Positions 28,928 through 39,387 of a DNA stretch of 64,000 nucleotides are shown here, piece by piece. The translations under genes and the position numbers were made by a program. The stretch is from assembly GCA_023150835.1 (NCBI GenBank), contig JAKLKB010000011.1, positions 1 through 64,000 on the forward strand, given 5' to 3'. The notes under the pieces were generated by a model. It saw only the letters and a program-made list of their open reading frames with translations. It was not told the origin of the DNA and did not search any database. The first letter of the stretch is position 1. The number at the start of each line of letters is the position of its first letter. Source of the stretch: Myxococcota bacterium (GTDB taxonomy: Bacteria; Myxococcota_C; UBA6777).

Positions 28928-30154
28928 ATGAAGATCGAACGTCCAGCGCCCAAACCCGCCGTGCAGCCTCAAGCCGCACCCAGCGCTACCAAAAACACCC
29001 AAACCACCTCACAAACCACCTCCACACAAAACGCCTCCACAGGCCCTTCTCCCGAACAGTTGCGCCTCGACCAACAACGACAACGCCTCACAAACTTCCA
29101 ATCCACCGGCCAAGTCAATAACCTCAACGGCTCACCCGCCCAAGATCAGCTTCGCCGACAACTCGAAAACAGCCTCTTGCGCAACAAGCCCGCAACCACC
29201 GCACTCAGCACACAAGACACCCCCATCGCTCCCACAGGCTCGGTCTCTCCCACAGGCCCCACCACCTCGCCCACCGAACCCCAAGGCGAATTCCTCAAAA
29301 CCACCGACGCCCTCAACCTCCGCAGCGTCCCCACCACCCAAGGAAACACCCCACTCACCGTCATCCCCAACGGCGCAACTCTCCAAGTAACGCCTGATCC
29401 CGTGACAGGCGAAACCCGCCGCGATGGTTTTGTCCACGTCACCCACAACGGACAAAGCGGCTGGGTTTCCGAGCAATACACCCAAGCCACCACCCCCCCC
29501 AATCCCGCCGATATCGCAAGCGTCGAAAGCGCAAGCGCCCACTACATCAACCAATTCACGGCGGAAACACAAGTCGGCGGTGATGGACGCAACGCCAACT
29601 GCGGCCCCACCTCCACGCTGATCGCCATGCGCTCCCAAGGTCTCGAAATCCCCGGTATCCCGGGCATCGAAGGCAACGGCACCGACGGCGCAGCCGTCCA
29701 AGCCACCCGCTACCATATGTACAACGGCGTCGACAACAACCGCGATGGCGTAAATGCCGATGGAACGAGCTATTCACTCAACGGTGCAGGCAACGAAAAC
29801 AGCACCTACACGGGCTTCGGCGGAATCGAACGCGCTGTCGCTGCCGCAGGCGGAACCACCGCCATGATCAACCCCGCCACCGCTGAAAATATCGCCACCG
29901 CCATCCAAAATGGCCAATCCGTCGTCATCTCTGGAAATTTCCTTGACAGCGAAGGCAACGTCAAAACCGATACTTGGGCGCAAGGCGGCGGAGCCAAAGA
30001 ACACCTTGTCGCCATCACGGGCATGACCGCCGATGGAAACTTTATCGTCTGCGATCCTGCCCACCCAAGCAGCGCACCCATCATCGCCACCCCCGAACAA
30101 GTCAACTCCTTCATGTCTGGAAATGCCGGTGCCATCGCCATCGACGGCCCCTAA
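28928..30154 (+). CDS. SH3b + C39-like cysteine peptidase protein
   Basis: LNLRSVP...GWVSEQY (SH3b); YINQ...NCGPTS...HLVAITG...FIVCDP (C39-like C-H-D). Confidence 0.8.
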   Translation: MKIERPAPKPAVQPQAAPSATKNTQTTSQTTSTQNASTGPSPEQLRLDQQRQRLTNFQSTGQVNNLNGSPAQDQLRRQLENSLLRNKPATTALSTQDTPIAPTGSVSPTGPTTSPTEPQGEFLKTTDALNLRSVPTTQGNTPLTVIPNGATLQVTPDPVTGETRRDGFVHVTHNGQSGWVSEQYTQATTPPNPADIASVESASAHYINQFTAETQVGGDGRNANCGPTSTLIAMRSQGLEIPGIPGIEGNGTDGAAVQATRYHMYNGVDNNRDGVNADGTSYSLNGAGNENSTYTGFGGIERAVAAAGGTTAMINPATAENIATAIQNGQSVVISGNFLDSEGNVKTDTWAQGGGAKEHLVAITGMTADGNFIVCDPAHPSSAPIIATPEQVNSFMSGNAGAIAIDGP

Positions 30155-30163
30155 TCCTCCCTG

Positions 30164-30452
<289 letters not shown>

Positions 30453-30513
30453 GTGCCTTCCGTGCCTTCCGTGGACTCTTTTGCTTTTTCTGTACCGTTC
30501 TGCGAAATGGCTC

Positions 30514-31266
30514 TTATTTTTCGGCGATGATCACATAATCACTACTCAGGCGGATACCTTGTGGACTTTGTGCCGCAGAAAGCAGTCCAGATTCGAGGGA
30601 TTCGAGGTGTGTCAGGAGGGCGGTGCGCAGTTCCAAGGAGGGGAGAGTTGCGAGGACTTGGCGACAAGCACGGGCTTGGCTTTGCAGGTAGGATGCGCGA
30701 AACACGTTCCCAAAATGTTTGGTTGAAAGCACACGGAACCCTGCTTCATGGAGGCGACGTTCCACCCATGCCGCAGGGTATTCGCGGTAGGGGCGCAACC
30801 CTGCATGAAGACGACAGGCGTCTTGGAAACGCGTTAGGTCGATCACTCCTTGGGCCGCAGGATCGGGGGAGTTCGAGGGAAAAGGTTCAAGTCCCACAAC
30901 ATACAAGCGATCTTTTACATGCCGAGCAAGACGTTGGAGGATGCGATCTTGGAAAAAAGGTGTAAAGGCATCGATCGCTCCGATCAGATAATCGAGTAAA
31001 ACCACATCGAATGCTTCTTGACCAAGCAAAGATTCATCTTGCCAATCTCCCAAAACAAGCCGATCTTGCGAGCGAAGTAGTTCGGAAAAACGCGGCTGCA
31101 TCCCGCTCATGCGTTGTGTATCGACTGTCACGGCGGTGATCTCTTCCGCAGGGATACCAAGCAACCAACGCAACGAATGATCGCCTGTTCCTGCGTCCAA
31201 TACCCGCCCCCAAGGCAGGGGGCTGTGTTGTTCTTCGATGTATGAAAAAAGGGCATCTTGAGTCAT
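30514..31266 (-). CDS. Class I SAM-dependent methyltransferase
   Basis: VLDAGTG motif I; FDVVLLDY. Confidence 0.8.
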   Translation of the reverse strand: MTQDALFSYIEEQHSPLPWGRVLDAGTGDHSLRWLLGIPAEEITAVTVDTQRMSGMQPRFSELLRSQDRLVLGDWQDESLLGQEAFDVVLLDYLIGAIDAFTPFFQDRILQRLARHVKDRLYVVGLEPFPSNSPDPAAQGVIDLTRFQDACRLHAGLRPYREYPAAWVERRLHEAGFRVLSTKHFGNVFRASYLQSQARACRQVLATLPSLELRTALLTHLESLESGLLSAAQSPQGIRLSSDYVIIAEK

Positions 31267-31417
31267 GTTTGCCTTCGTTCTATTCTTTCGGTGGTTTGGG
31301 CAAAGAGCGCCGCGCCAAGGTAGCAAAGCCCCGCTCGATTGTCTATGCTTGCAACGCGATGCGTTGTAGGGTATAGCGCGAGAAAAGTCTCACAAAGAAA
31401 GATAGGACACGAATTGG

Positions 31418-32668
31418 ATGCGTGATATCGATCAGTTTCAAGAAGCTCTTCAGTCGCGGTTTGCAGCCAAGCAAGGCGAATACTTGGCACTTTTGCGCGA
31501 GATGGTGGAGATCAATAGCTTTACTCAAAACCCCGAAGGGATCGAACGATTAGGCCGTTGCACAGCGGATGCCTTTGCTGTTTTGGGCTTTACCGCCGAA
31601 TTCGTCCCTTCCAAACAAGCGGCTTGCGGGCCGCATCTGATCTTGCATCGCCGAGGCCGTTCGCCCCGTCAGTTGGCGATGATCTCGCATCTTGATACGG
31701 TATATCCTGCCGAAGAAGAGCGGCGCAATCGATTCATTTGGCGCGAGGCAGGCGACAAGATCTACGGCCCGGGTGTGATCGATATCAAAGGCGGCACCGT
31801 GATGATGTACATGATCCTCGACGCGCTGCACGCCTTGTCTCCTGAGATGTTTGCGTCCGTCTCTTGGACCTTGTTGTTGGATTCGAGCGAAGAAGACGAC
31901 GCGCAGGAGTTTGGCGATCTGTGCCTAGAGCGCCTTGGCGAGGACGCGATCGCAGCGTTGGTTTTTGAATACGGCGCGATGGACGCATCCACCTTTCGCC
32001 TCGTCACCGCCCGAAAAGGTCGTGCGATGTTTGAGATCGAAGCCTTTGGGCGCGGCGCACACGCAGGAAACGAACACCACGAAGGAGCCAATGCGCTGTT
32101 GCAGATGGCCCACGCCATCCAAGAGATCGAACGATGCACAGATTACCAAGCCGATCTCACCTGCAACGTCGGCATCATGGAAGGCGGCCTTGGTGTCAAC
32201 CGCGTCCCACACCATGCTCGCGCTTTTGCGGAGATGCGCGCTTTTTCCACCGAAGCCTTTGCCTCTGCCCGAGAAAAGATCTTGGCTCTCGATGGAACCT
32301 CTACCGTCAAGAGTTTTCGCGGAGACTTTGCAGCCCATCTGCGCGTTCGGCTTGGGCGCGAAACCCCACCTTGGCCCCCCAACGCAGGCACACAACAACT
32401 CTTTGACTTGTGGCAAGCCGCTGGAACCCGCCTTGGCCGACAAGCCATCGCTCAAGAACGCGGTGGTGTCAGCGACGGCAACTTGATCTGCCACAAGATC
32501 CCTGTCCTTGATGGTCTCGGCCCTTCAGGTGCAAATGCCCACTGCTCCGAGCAAAGCGAAGACGGTAACAAAGAACAAGAATACCTCTCTCTTCCTTCTC
32601 TCGTCCCCAAGGCCGTGATCAACACCCTTGCGATCGACACACTCTTACGACAAAACGCAGGAGTTTAG
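31418..32668 (+). CDS. M20-family metallopeptidase (carboxypeptidase G2-like)
   Basis: SHLDTV, GPGVIDIKGG, SEE, GAHAG, GGVSDGN, AH. Confidence 0.9.
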   Translation: MRDIDQFQEALQSRFAAKQGEYLALLREMVEINSFTQNPEGIERLGRCTADAFAVLGFTAEFVPSKQAACGPHLILHRRGRSPRQLAMISHLDTVYPAEEERRNRFIWREAGDKIYGPGVIDIKGGTVMMYMILDALHALSPEMFASVSWTLLLDSSEEDDAQEFGDLCLERLGEDAIAALVFEYGAMDASTFRLVTARKGRAMFEIEAFGRGAHAGNEHHEGANALLQMAHAIQEIERCTDYQADLTCNVGIMEGGLGVNRVPHHARAFAEMRAFSTEAFASAREKILALDGTSTVKSFRGDFAAHLRVRLGRETPPWPPNAGTQQLFDLWQAAGTRLGRQAIAQERGGVSDGNLICHKIPVLDGLGPSGANAHCSEQSEDGNKEQEYLSLPSLVPKAVINTLAIDTLLRQNAGV

Positions 32669-32669
32669 G

Positions 32670-33569
32670 ATGCCGAGTTCGTTGCTTTTTGTACGCCTTT
32701 TTCCCTTGTGCGTGGCTCTTTGTGTGATGATCGCCTATCCTTCGACAGGATCGACCCAAAGCACACAACCCGCCTACCGCATCCCGTCCTCATTCCCCCC
32801 CTCTGCCAAACCTCCTTCTAAACCTCTGTCTAAACCTCCTTCAACCGTCCATTCGGCCTCTGCGCAAGTTCCAGCCATAGCGCAATCAACCTCGCGCACC
32901 TATGGGATCCACGTATGGTTACGAGACCTTGGCGACGACGACTGGCGCATCCGCAAGCGCGGGATCTTGGAGATCAGCCAACGCGGCCTTGCGGTCGTGC
33001 CTGCGCTCATCGAATGCCTCGGAGATCAAAGCGAATTGCGCCGTCAATCGGCAACGGCTGCACTTTACCGCATCGGCAAACCCGCCATCCCGCTCTTGCG
33101 AAAAGCCCTCGAATCTACAAACCTATCCCGACAACACCATGCCGCATTTGCGATGGGACTGCTCCAAGTCCCCGAATATCGGGTCATCTCTGTGTTGTTC
33201 CATGCCTTACGCTCCCCTGATGAACACGTCCGAAAATTCGCCAAAGGCGCGTTGTTTTATCTCAGCCCCAAAGCGCGCCTCCCCCTCGAACAAGCTCTCA
33301 TGGAAAAAACACCCGCGACTCGTGCCTTGGCCGCTGGAGTCCTCCAACGATGCGGATATGCCGCTGTTCCAGCACTCCGACGCGCTCTCCACGATCCTGT
33401 CGAAGAAGTCCGCCTCGCCGCAATCCGATCGCTCGCCCACCTCGGACCCCAAGCCCGTGCCGCGCAACCCGACCTCTTGCAACGCCTCAATGACCCGAGC
33501 TTCCGCGTCCGCCGTGCAACACGCACAGCTCTTCGTGCGCTCTCTCTCCGTCCCCCAAAACACCCCTAA
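32670..33569 (+). CDS. Exported HEAT-repeat protein
   Basis: Signal/TM; AVPALRRALHDPVEEVRLAAIRSL repeats. Confidence 0.8.
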   Translation: MPSSLLFVRLFPLCVALCVMIAYPSTGSTQSTQPAYRIPSSFPPSAKPPSKPLSKPPSTVHSASAQVPAIAQSTSRTYGIHVWLRDLGDDDWRIRKRGILEISQRGLAVVPALIECLGDQSELRRQSATAALYRIGKPAIPLLRKALESTNLSRQHHAAFAMGLLQVPEYRVISVLFHALRSPDEHVRKFAKGALFYLSPKARLPLEQALMEKTPATRALAAGVLQRCGYAAVPALRRALHDPVEEVRLAAIRSLAHLGPQARAAQPDLLQRLNDPSFRVRRATRTALRALSLRPPKHP

Positions 33570-33591
33570 CCTTACACTCACGGAGCTTTTG

Positions 33592-35136
33592 ATGACTTGG
33601 CTTTCTTGGTTCCTCCCCTCGGCGTTTGGGTTGCTCCTGCTCTTGCTTTTGTTGTTGTTTCGGTTCAGCAATTCTCGCAGTTCCTTGTATCTCTCTGAAT
33701 TTCCAGATAAACCGCCCTTTGCCTTTCCCAAAGGCTTTCTATGGGGAGCCTCCACCGCTGCTCAACAGATCGAAACCCAACAACCCACCGACTGGACCGC
33801 TTTTGAAAAGCAGGTCCGCGCCGAAAAAAAGTTCGACCAGATCGACGTCGGAAAAGCCAAACCCGGCCATATCCATCACTTTGGCGAATTTCCAAACGAA
33901 GTGATCGAGAAAAAAACGGATCACGACGCACGCTTTGCCGAAGACATCGAAGCCGCCGCTGCAATGAAGCACAACGCCTACCGCTTTTCGATCTGTTGGG
34001 CGCGTTTGTTCCCAACCGTCACACAAAAAGAGGCCAGCGAAGAAGGCTTACGTTATTATGACGCGATCTTTGACAAGCTGATCTCCCTAAACCTCGAACC
34101 CTCTGTCACGTTGTTCCACTTTTCAAGTCCTGCGTGGCTGTGGCAAGAAAAGGACGGAAAACGCGGATGGGAGCGCCTCGACGCACTCGAACACTTTGGC
34201 CGTTTTGTCCAAGCCGTCGCTGCGCACTTTGGCGATCGCGTTCAGCAATGGTGTACGCTCAATGAACCGATGGTCTACCTCTACAACGGCTATCTCGAAG
34301 GACTTTTTCCTCCCAACGAACGCCGCAAAGGAGGCCCTCGCTCCATCGCTCACCTTGCGGTGCGACTTTTGGAAGCTCACACCCTCGCTTACGATATCCT
34401 CAAAGCCGACGCCGCCAAACGCAACAAGACCATCGCCGTTGGCATCGCCAAACACACCCGCGCCTTTGAACCTTATCGAAACCATGCCCCCCTCGATCGC
34501 CTCACTGCCCGATTTGCCGAACAAGCCTTTGTCTGGGACTTTCTTGACGCCATCCACACAGGCACTTACAAGATGACTTCGACTCCTTTTCAAGAGAAGA
34601 TCCCCGGCCTCGCTGGTAAAATGGATTATGTTGGCATCAATTACTATGGACGATTTTATCTCGAAAGCTCGATCACTTCTCCAACATCCTTCCAAGTTCA
34701 CTCTCACGATCCGCGTGATCCAAACGAGCTAAAGTCTGAGCTTGGATGGGCGCTTTATCCGCGTGGCTTTTTCTATATTCTCCAAACAGCCCACCAACGC
34801 TACCAACGCCCCATCTACATCCTCGAAAACGGGATCGACTGCCGCGCCCTTGATGACACCCTCCGCCAACACTTCCTCGTCACCCACCTGCGCGAAGTCT
34901 GGAACGCCATCCACCACGCCAAAGCCGATATCCGAGGCTATTTCCATTGGTCTTTGCTCGATAACTTCGAGTGGGCCGAAGGCTTTGGCCCTCGCTTCGG
35001 CCTCCTTCACGTCGATTACAACAACCACTTCCAACGCACTCCCCGCCAAAGCGCCGCACTCTTCACCCAAATCATCCAAAACAACGCCATCTCCCCCGAA
35101 GCATGGGACACATACCACTCCCCACCAAACCGCTAA
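33592..35136 (+). CDS. Glycoside hydrolase family 1 with N-terminal membrane anchor
   Basis: FPKGFLWGASTAAQQIE, YRFSICWAR, TLNEP, ILENG, WSLLDNFEWAEG. Confidence 0.93.
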   Translation: MTWLSWFLPSAFGLLLLLLLLLFRFSNSRSSLYLSEFPDKPPFAFPKGFLWGASTAAQQIETQQPTDWTAFEKQVRAEKKFDQIDVGKAKPGHIHHFGEFPNEVIEKKTDHDARFAEDIEAAAAMKHNAYRFSICWARLFPTVTQKEASEEGLRYYDAIFDKLISLNLEPSVTLFHFSSPAWLWQEKDGKRGWERLDALEHFGRFVQAVAAHFGDRVQQWCTLNEPMVYLYNGYLEGLFPPNERRKGGPRSIAHLAVRLLEAHTLAYDILKADAAKRNKTIAVGIAKHTRAFEPYRNHAPLDRLTARFAEQAFVWDFLDAIHTGTYKMTSTPFQEKIPGLAGKMDYVGINYYGRFYLESSITSPTSFQVHSHDPRDPNELKSELGWALYPRGFFYILQTAHQRYQRPIYILENGIDCRALDDTLRQHFLVTHLREVWNAIHHAKADIRGYFHWSLLDNFEWAEGFGPRFGLLHVDYNNHFQRTPRQSAALFTQIIQNNAISPEAWDTYHSPPNR

Positions 35137-35177
35137 AAACCGCGTCATCGCCACAGCCCCCCTCGAATTCGTGCTCC

Positions 35178-35305
35178 CTCCTTTCCGTGTTTTTCGTGGA
35201 CCCTTCTTGTCTTCTTTCCGTGTTTTCCCCTCCTTTCCCCTCCTTTCCCGTGTTTTCCCCTCCTTTCCCCTCCTTTCCGTGTTTTCCGTGTTTTCCGTGG
35301 ACTCT
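35178..35305. repeat. TTCCGTG-type low-complexity intergenic repeat
   Basis: Repeated ttttccgtg / cctttcccct units ending ccgtggactct; related units at 18963, 30449 and 44992. Confidence 0.6.
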
Positions 35306-35311
35306 TCTTGT

Positions 35312-35788
35312 TTATTTCCCGACCTTCGGTATCGCTGGACTCTTTTCATCAGACAGCGCCTTGGTTTCCTGTTCTGTCCACGCTTTGATCTGTGCTGCTT
35401 TTGTCGCATCCATTTTCGCCTGTTTGTGCGTTAACAAATACACGCCCATTGGCATCTTTCCTTTGGAGATTTCTTCCCAGATCTCTTTAAATTTTTTCTT
35501 TTTTCTCTTGGTTGTATACGTTTGCCAGATCGAGAAATTCAGTTCTCTGCGCCCTTCTTTGACATCGTAAGCCACCAACCACGAGATCGGGGCCACATAG
35601 CTATACCAAGGCCAATGTGTTTCGTTGGAGTGACAATCATAACACGACGTTTTCAAAATCTTTTTGACGGCAAGCGGCGCTTGGATCTCGCCCGTAATCG
35701 GGGGATTCGTTCGCTTCACAGGCACCAGTTGGATCAACAAAAACAACCCACCAAGAGGAAGGACTCCGTACAACAAGAACTTTTTCAC
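35312..35788 (-). CDS. Haem-binding domain cytochrome c (Haem_bd family)
   Basis: CYDCHSNET, WYSYVAPISWL, GRRELNFS, MP; GTG start. Confidence 0.9.
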   Translation of the reverse strand: MKKFLLYGVLPLGGLFLLIQLVPVKRTNPPITGEIQAPLAVKKILKTSCYDCHSNETHWPWYSYVAPISWLVAYDVKEGRRELNFSIWQTYTTKRKKKKFKEIWEEISKGKMPMGVYLLTHKQAKMDATKAAQIKAWTEQETKALSDEKSPAIPKVGK

Positions 35789-35813
35789 AGATCATTTTCC
35801 TTTTTTGAAAAGT

Positions 35814-37466
35814 CTAACGCCTTTTTTCAAGCGAGACTTGGTGAACAATTCGGCCAATCTGAGGGAAGATCCCTTTTATCCGACGGCCTCTATAGCCTCT
35901 GGCGCGGATCCGCAAACGATAGGGTGTTCCCGGGATTCCTTTGAAAGAACAAGGGGGACAAACGATCCGTTTGCCATTGGCCCGCGCCCGAATTGTCGGG
36001 ATATCCGAAGAAACCACCACCTCGGTCAGCATGGGCCAGTTCGTCTGGACCGATGGGACCGATGGACTTGATGGATTTGTGGTGTTTGGTGGGTTTGTGG
36101 CGTTTGAGGGGACCGATGGGTTTGTGGCGTTTGATGGATTTGTGGTGTCTGGTGGGTTTGTGACGTTTGATGGGTTCGATGGATTGGGAGACGGCGTGTC
36201 TTTTTGAGGGGAAAGAGGCGATGGGAGTTCTGCTTTACGGGCGAGCGGTTGGGGGATCAAAAGCGGCTCAGTCTCGGCTTGTTTGCGAGCGCGCAATTTA
36301 TACCAAGCCCCAAAGGCCCCCACTCCCACAAACAACAGCGCCAGAAAAGCAGCCCAAAAAAGATTGCGCTTTTGAGCGGCGAGTTTGCGTTGTAAGAGCA
36401 ACACAGATTGTCGATCAAAGCGCACTCGACGAGATTTGGGTTGGAGCGTTGTGATCAAAGGATCATTTCCGAGCGGATACTGCGGAAAGGTTGCGTCGGG
36501 AGTGAGTTCGCGTTGAGCCGTCAGAGCGCGAAGACAGGCATCGACAAAAGCATCGGCATTTGGATAACGATCTTGCGGGGCTTTGGCGAGTGCTTTTTGG
36601 AAAAAGACTTCAATGGACGGACTCCAAGAGAAGGCAGGTCGGACGTCTTTTAGTCGTGGGATCGGTGCGTGAAGGTGGTTAAATAAGACGCTCATCATAT
36701 CATTCGAAACGTACGGAGGCAGTCCTGCCAACAAGTGAAACACGATCACGCCGAAAGAATACAGATCCGTCCGAGCATCGGCTTTTTTGGCATGCCCCTC
36801 GATCTGTTCTGGCGACATATACAAAGGAGATCCCAAGACTGCCCCTGTTTTGGTCAACCCGGGTTCATCCGAAAGACCCGCGATCCCAAAGTCCAAAAGC
36901 TTACAACGCACGCTTTTTTGGCCGAATTCAAACGACAAAAACAGGTTGGCGGGTTTGAGATCACGGTGGATCACGCCGTGTTGATGGACATAACTCAGCG
37001 CAGAACCAATCTGTTTCAGCACACTTTCCAACAAAGCGATCGATAAAGAGCGACGCTGCTCAAGCCAATCATCCAACGGAAAACCTTCCAAAAGCTCCAT
37101 CACGAGGTAGTGGCTGCCGTCCTCGAACTGACCAAAGTCGGTCACACGGATCACGTTGGGGTGATCCAATCGTGCGATGGTACGAGCTTCTCGTTCAAAT
37201 CGTTTGACCATCACGCTCTTGTCGAGATGTTTAGCGTGCAGCACTTTCACCGCAAAAGAAGTCCCCGATGCCTGATTTTCCGCACGATACACCGTACCGA
37301 AACCGCCTTCACCGATACAAGAGACCAGATGCAGATCACCGATACGTCGCCCCAAAAAGGTATCCGATGGACGAGGGTCGTCCACTTCCGTTGCAGAAAG
37401 CACCTGTTCGCCTGTAGGGGACGATAACGGCGCATGGGGGGGAAGATCAGGTGTAATGTTGCTCAT
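35814..37466 (-). CDS. Transmembrane Ser/Thr protein kinase with a PEGA-like C-terminus
   Basis: IGEGGFG, FAVK, HRDLKPAN, DFG, GSPLYMSPEQ; TM and Pro/Asn/Ser linker. Confidence 0.92.
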   Translation of the reverse strand: MSNITPDLPPHAPLSSPTGEQVLSATEVDDPRPSDTFLGRRIGDLHLVSCIGEGGFGTVYRAENQASGTSFAVKVLHAKHLDKSVMVKRFEREARTIARLDHPNVIRVTDFGQFEDGSHYLVMELLEGFPLDDWLEQRRSLSIALLESVLKQIGSALSYVHQHGVIHRDLKPANLFLSFEFGQKSVRCKLLDFGIAGLSDEPGLTKTGAVLGSPLYMSPEQIEGHAKKADARTDLYSFGVIVFHLLAGLPPYVSNDMMSVLFNHLHAPIPRLKDVRPAFSWSPSIEVFFQKALAKAPQDRYPNADAFVDACLRALTAQRELTPDATFPQYPLGNDPLITTLQPKSRRVRFDRQSVLLLQRKLAAQKRNLFWAAFLALLFVGVGAFGAWYKLRARKQAETEPLLIPQPLARKAELPSPLSPQKDTPSPNPSNPSNVTNPPDTTNPSNATNPSVPSNATNPPNTTNPSSPSVPSVQTNWPMLTEVVVSSDIPTIRARANGKRIVCPPCSFKGIPGTPYRLRIRARGYRGRRIKGIFPQIGRIVHQVSLEKRR

Positions 37467-37687
37467 CGAAAGTCCTCGCGTGTGCCTTGCAAATCCCAGC
37501 CACCCAAGAAGAACCCCAAGCGATGGAGTTGCGATGTCGCATCCTGACGGGCGGCAGAAACAGGTGGAGTATGCAGCAATACCCTCCCTGCCACAAGCCC
37601 AAATCCACGCACTCGCCCAGAACTCAAGCCCCACCCGCCCTCCACAGGCCAATCACATCACTTGCACTCCATCCAAACAGTCTCGCC

Positions 37688-39082
37688 TCAACCGTTCCTT
37701 CGCTCTGTTGCGTCCGCCTCTTGCTCTTCCATCTCCCGTAACAACTGTGCTTCCCCATAGCGCAAGAAATACACGCCCGCAAACAACACCAACACCGCGC
37801 AAACCACGCCACTCAAACGGATCCCCAGATCGTTTCCGCGATCTTTTCCAAGCGAAGTCAGCGCCGCAAAAACAAACACCCCCAAAGTTTGACCAAACTT
37901 TTGCATCAGCGTGCGCACCGCAAAAAACATCCCTTCTTGCCGAATCCCTGTCTTTTGTGCGTCGTGTTCTGCGATATCTGCCAGTACGGCGTTGGGCAAG
38001 ATCCCCAAAAAGGATATCGGCAATGCGTAAGTAATAATCAACAAATACGCCTGTGTTGTGTGGTCGATCGGGACACGGCCCAGAAAAAAGATCATAAAAA
38101 AGATGATCGACATCCAGAAAAAAGAGCCTGAAATCAATATTTTCTTTCCGACTTTTTTCGCCAAGATATTGACCATCGGATAAAAAGCAAACGACAAGAT
38201 CACCATCAACGGCAGCAACACGCCCATCATCCCTTCGCTGAGGCCCAACAGCACCGTGATGTAATACAACAGGCCCGTAGTCATGATCGTCAGCCCCATA
38301 AAATAGGCGAGATCGGCCACCACATAATAAATAAAATTCCGATTGCGAAATGTCTTTTTGATGGCTTCAAACATCGGAACATCCGAGGGAACGCCTTCGC
38401 TGTATTGTTTTTCATGGATGGTCCACACGGGCACCATCATACACAACGCCGCGATCCCCGACACCAGCGCGATCGCAAACTGGATCTGCCCCACAGGACT
38501 CACCACGCCAAACAACGGCCCGAGTCCCTTACCGATCGCAGGAACTTGCGCAGCCAAGACGATCCCCAAAGCGTACGTCACAGAGATCCATGTAGACAAA
38601 TTCAGACGCTCATCGGCGGTATGTCCTAATTCAGGCAGCAGCGCAAAATACGGTGTCACATAACACGTCAGCGCAAAATAAAAGAATAGCTGAAAAACAA
38701 ACAAGCCGACGATGTTCCAATAACTTTCTGCGTGAACCAACGGAAAAAACAACAAGACACAGCAAACCGCCGTCGGAAACGCACTCCAAGCCAAAAACGG
38801 CATCCGACGCCCACGTGGACTATCAAAGCGATCGCTCCAGTTGGCCACCAAAGGATCCGTGATCGCATCAAACAACCGACCACTTGCCGCCAACAACATC
38901 AACACATTCATCACCACAAAAAAAACGGCTTGCGTAATAAAGATCGGTAGCTTCGCCTCCGTCGGAGGCCGATAAAAATACACCAACTGAAGATTGACGA
39001 TGTTCACCAGCGTCGACCAACCCAACTGCCCAACCGCGTAAGTGATCTGCTTCGACAACGGTAATTTCTGTACGGAACCCAT
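37688..39082 (-). CDS. MFS glycoside-pentoside-hexuronide (MelB-like) transporter
   Basis: [15 protein letters not shown]...[22 protein letters not shown]; about 12 TM helices. Confidence 0.9.
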   Translation of the reverse strand: MGSVQKLPLSKQITYAVGQLGWSTLVNIVNLQLVYFYRPPTEAKLPIFITQAVFFVVMNVLMLLAASGRLFDAITDPLVANWSDRFDSPRGRRMPFLAWSAFPTAVCCVLLFFPLVHAESYWNIVGLFVFQLFFYFALTCYVTPYFALLPELGHTADERLNLSTWISVTYALGIVLAAQVPAIGKGLGPLFGVVSPVGQIQFAIALVSGIAALCMMVPVWTIHEKQYSEGVPSDVPMFEAIKKTFRNRNFIYYVVADLAYFMGLTIMTTGLLYYITVLLGLSEGMMGVLLPLMVILSFAFYPMVNILAKKVGKKILISGSFFWMSIIFFMIFFLGRVPIDHTTQAYLLIITYALPISFLGILPNAVLADIAEHDAQKTGIRQEGMFFAVRTLMQKFGQTLGVFVFAALTSLGKDRGNDLGIRLSGVVCAVLVLFAGVYFLRYGEAQLLREMEEQEADATERRNG

Positions 39083-39189
39083 GCGTTGCTTCCCTCATCC
39101 ACTCAGTTTGAAAAAGCCCTTTCAGACAACCACGCAAGCGATGGCACAGATCGCGTCTCAACGCAACCCAGAGAAACCTTTTTCCCTCG

Positions 39190-39317
39190 TACGATATCCG
39201 AGTGATACGATATCCGAAAGATCTGTGATCGAAGGGTCGTGCGTAGATGTCCTGCTATCGGGCAGCCACACCTGCCTGCCCCTACGTTTTGCGATCACAC
39301 AATGAGCGGATTTCGTA
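39190..39317 (+). mobile_element. MITE-like element, family B (left end duplicated)
   Basis: tacgatatccgagtga-tacgatatccg...gggcagccacacctgcctgcccctac...gcggatttcgta. Confidence 0.6.
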
Positions 39318-39387
39318 TAACTCCTCTCGTTGTCCCCCACGAAATCCGAACATCTCTCACGTCGAAGATGCCTATTTCCAGAAAACG

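Noticed and set aside
32902..33591. N-terminal 230-aa extension of the GH1 ORF
   Set aside because: It overlaps the HEAT gene in another frame; the RBS and TM support a start at 33592.
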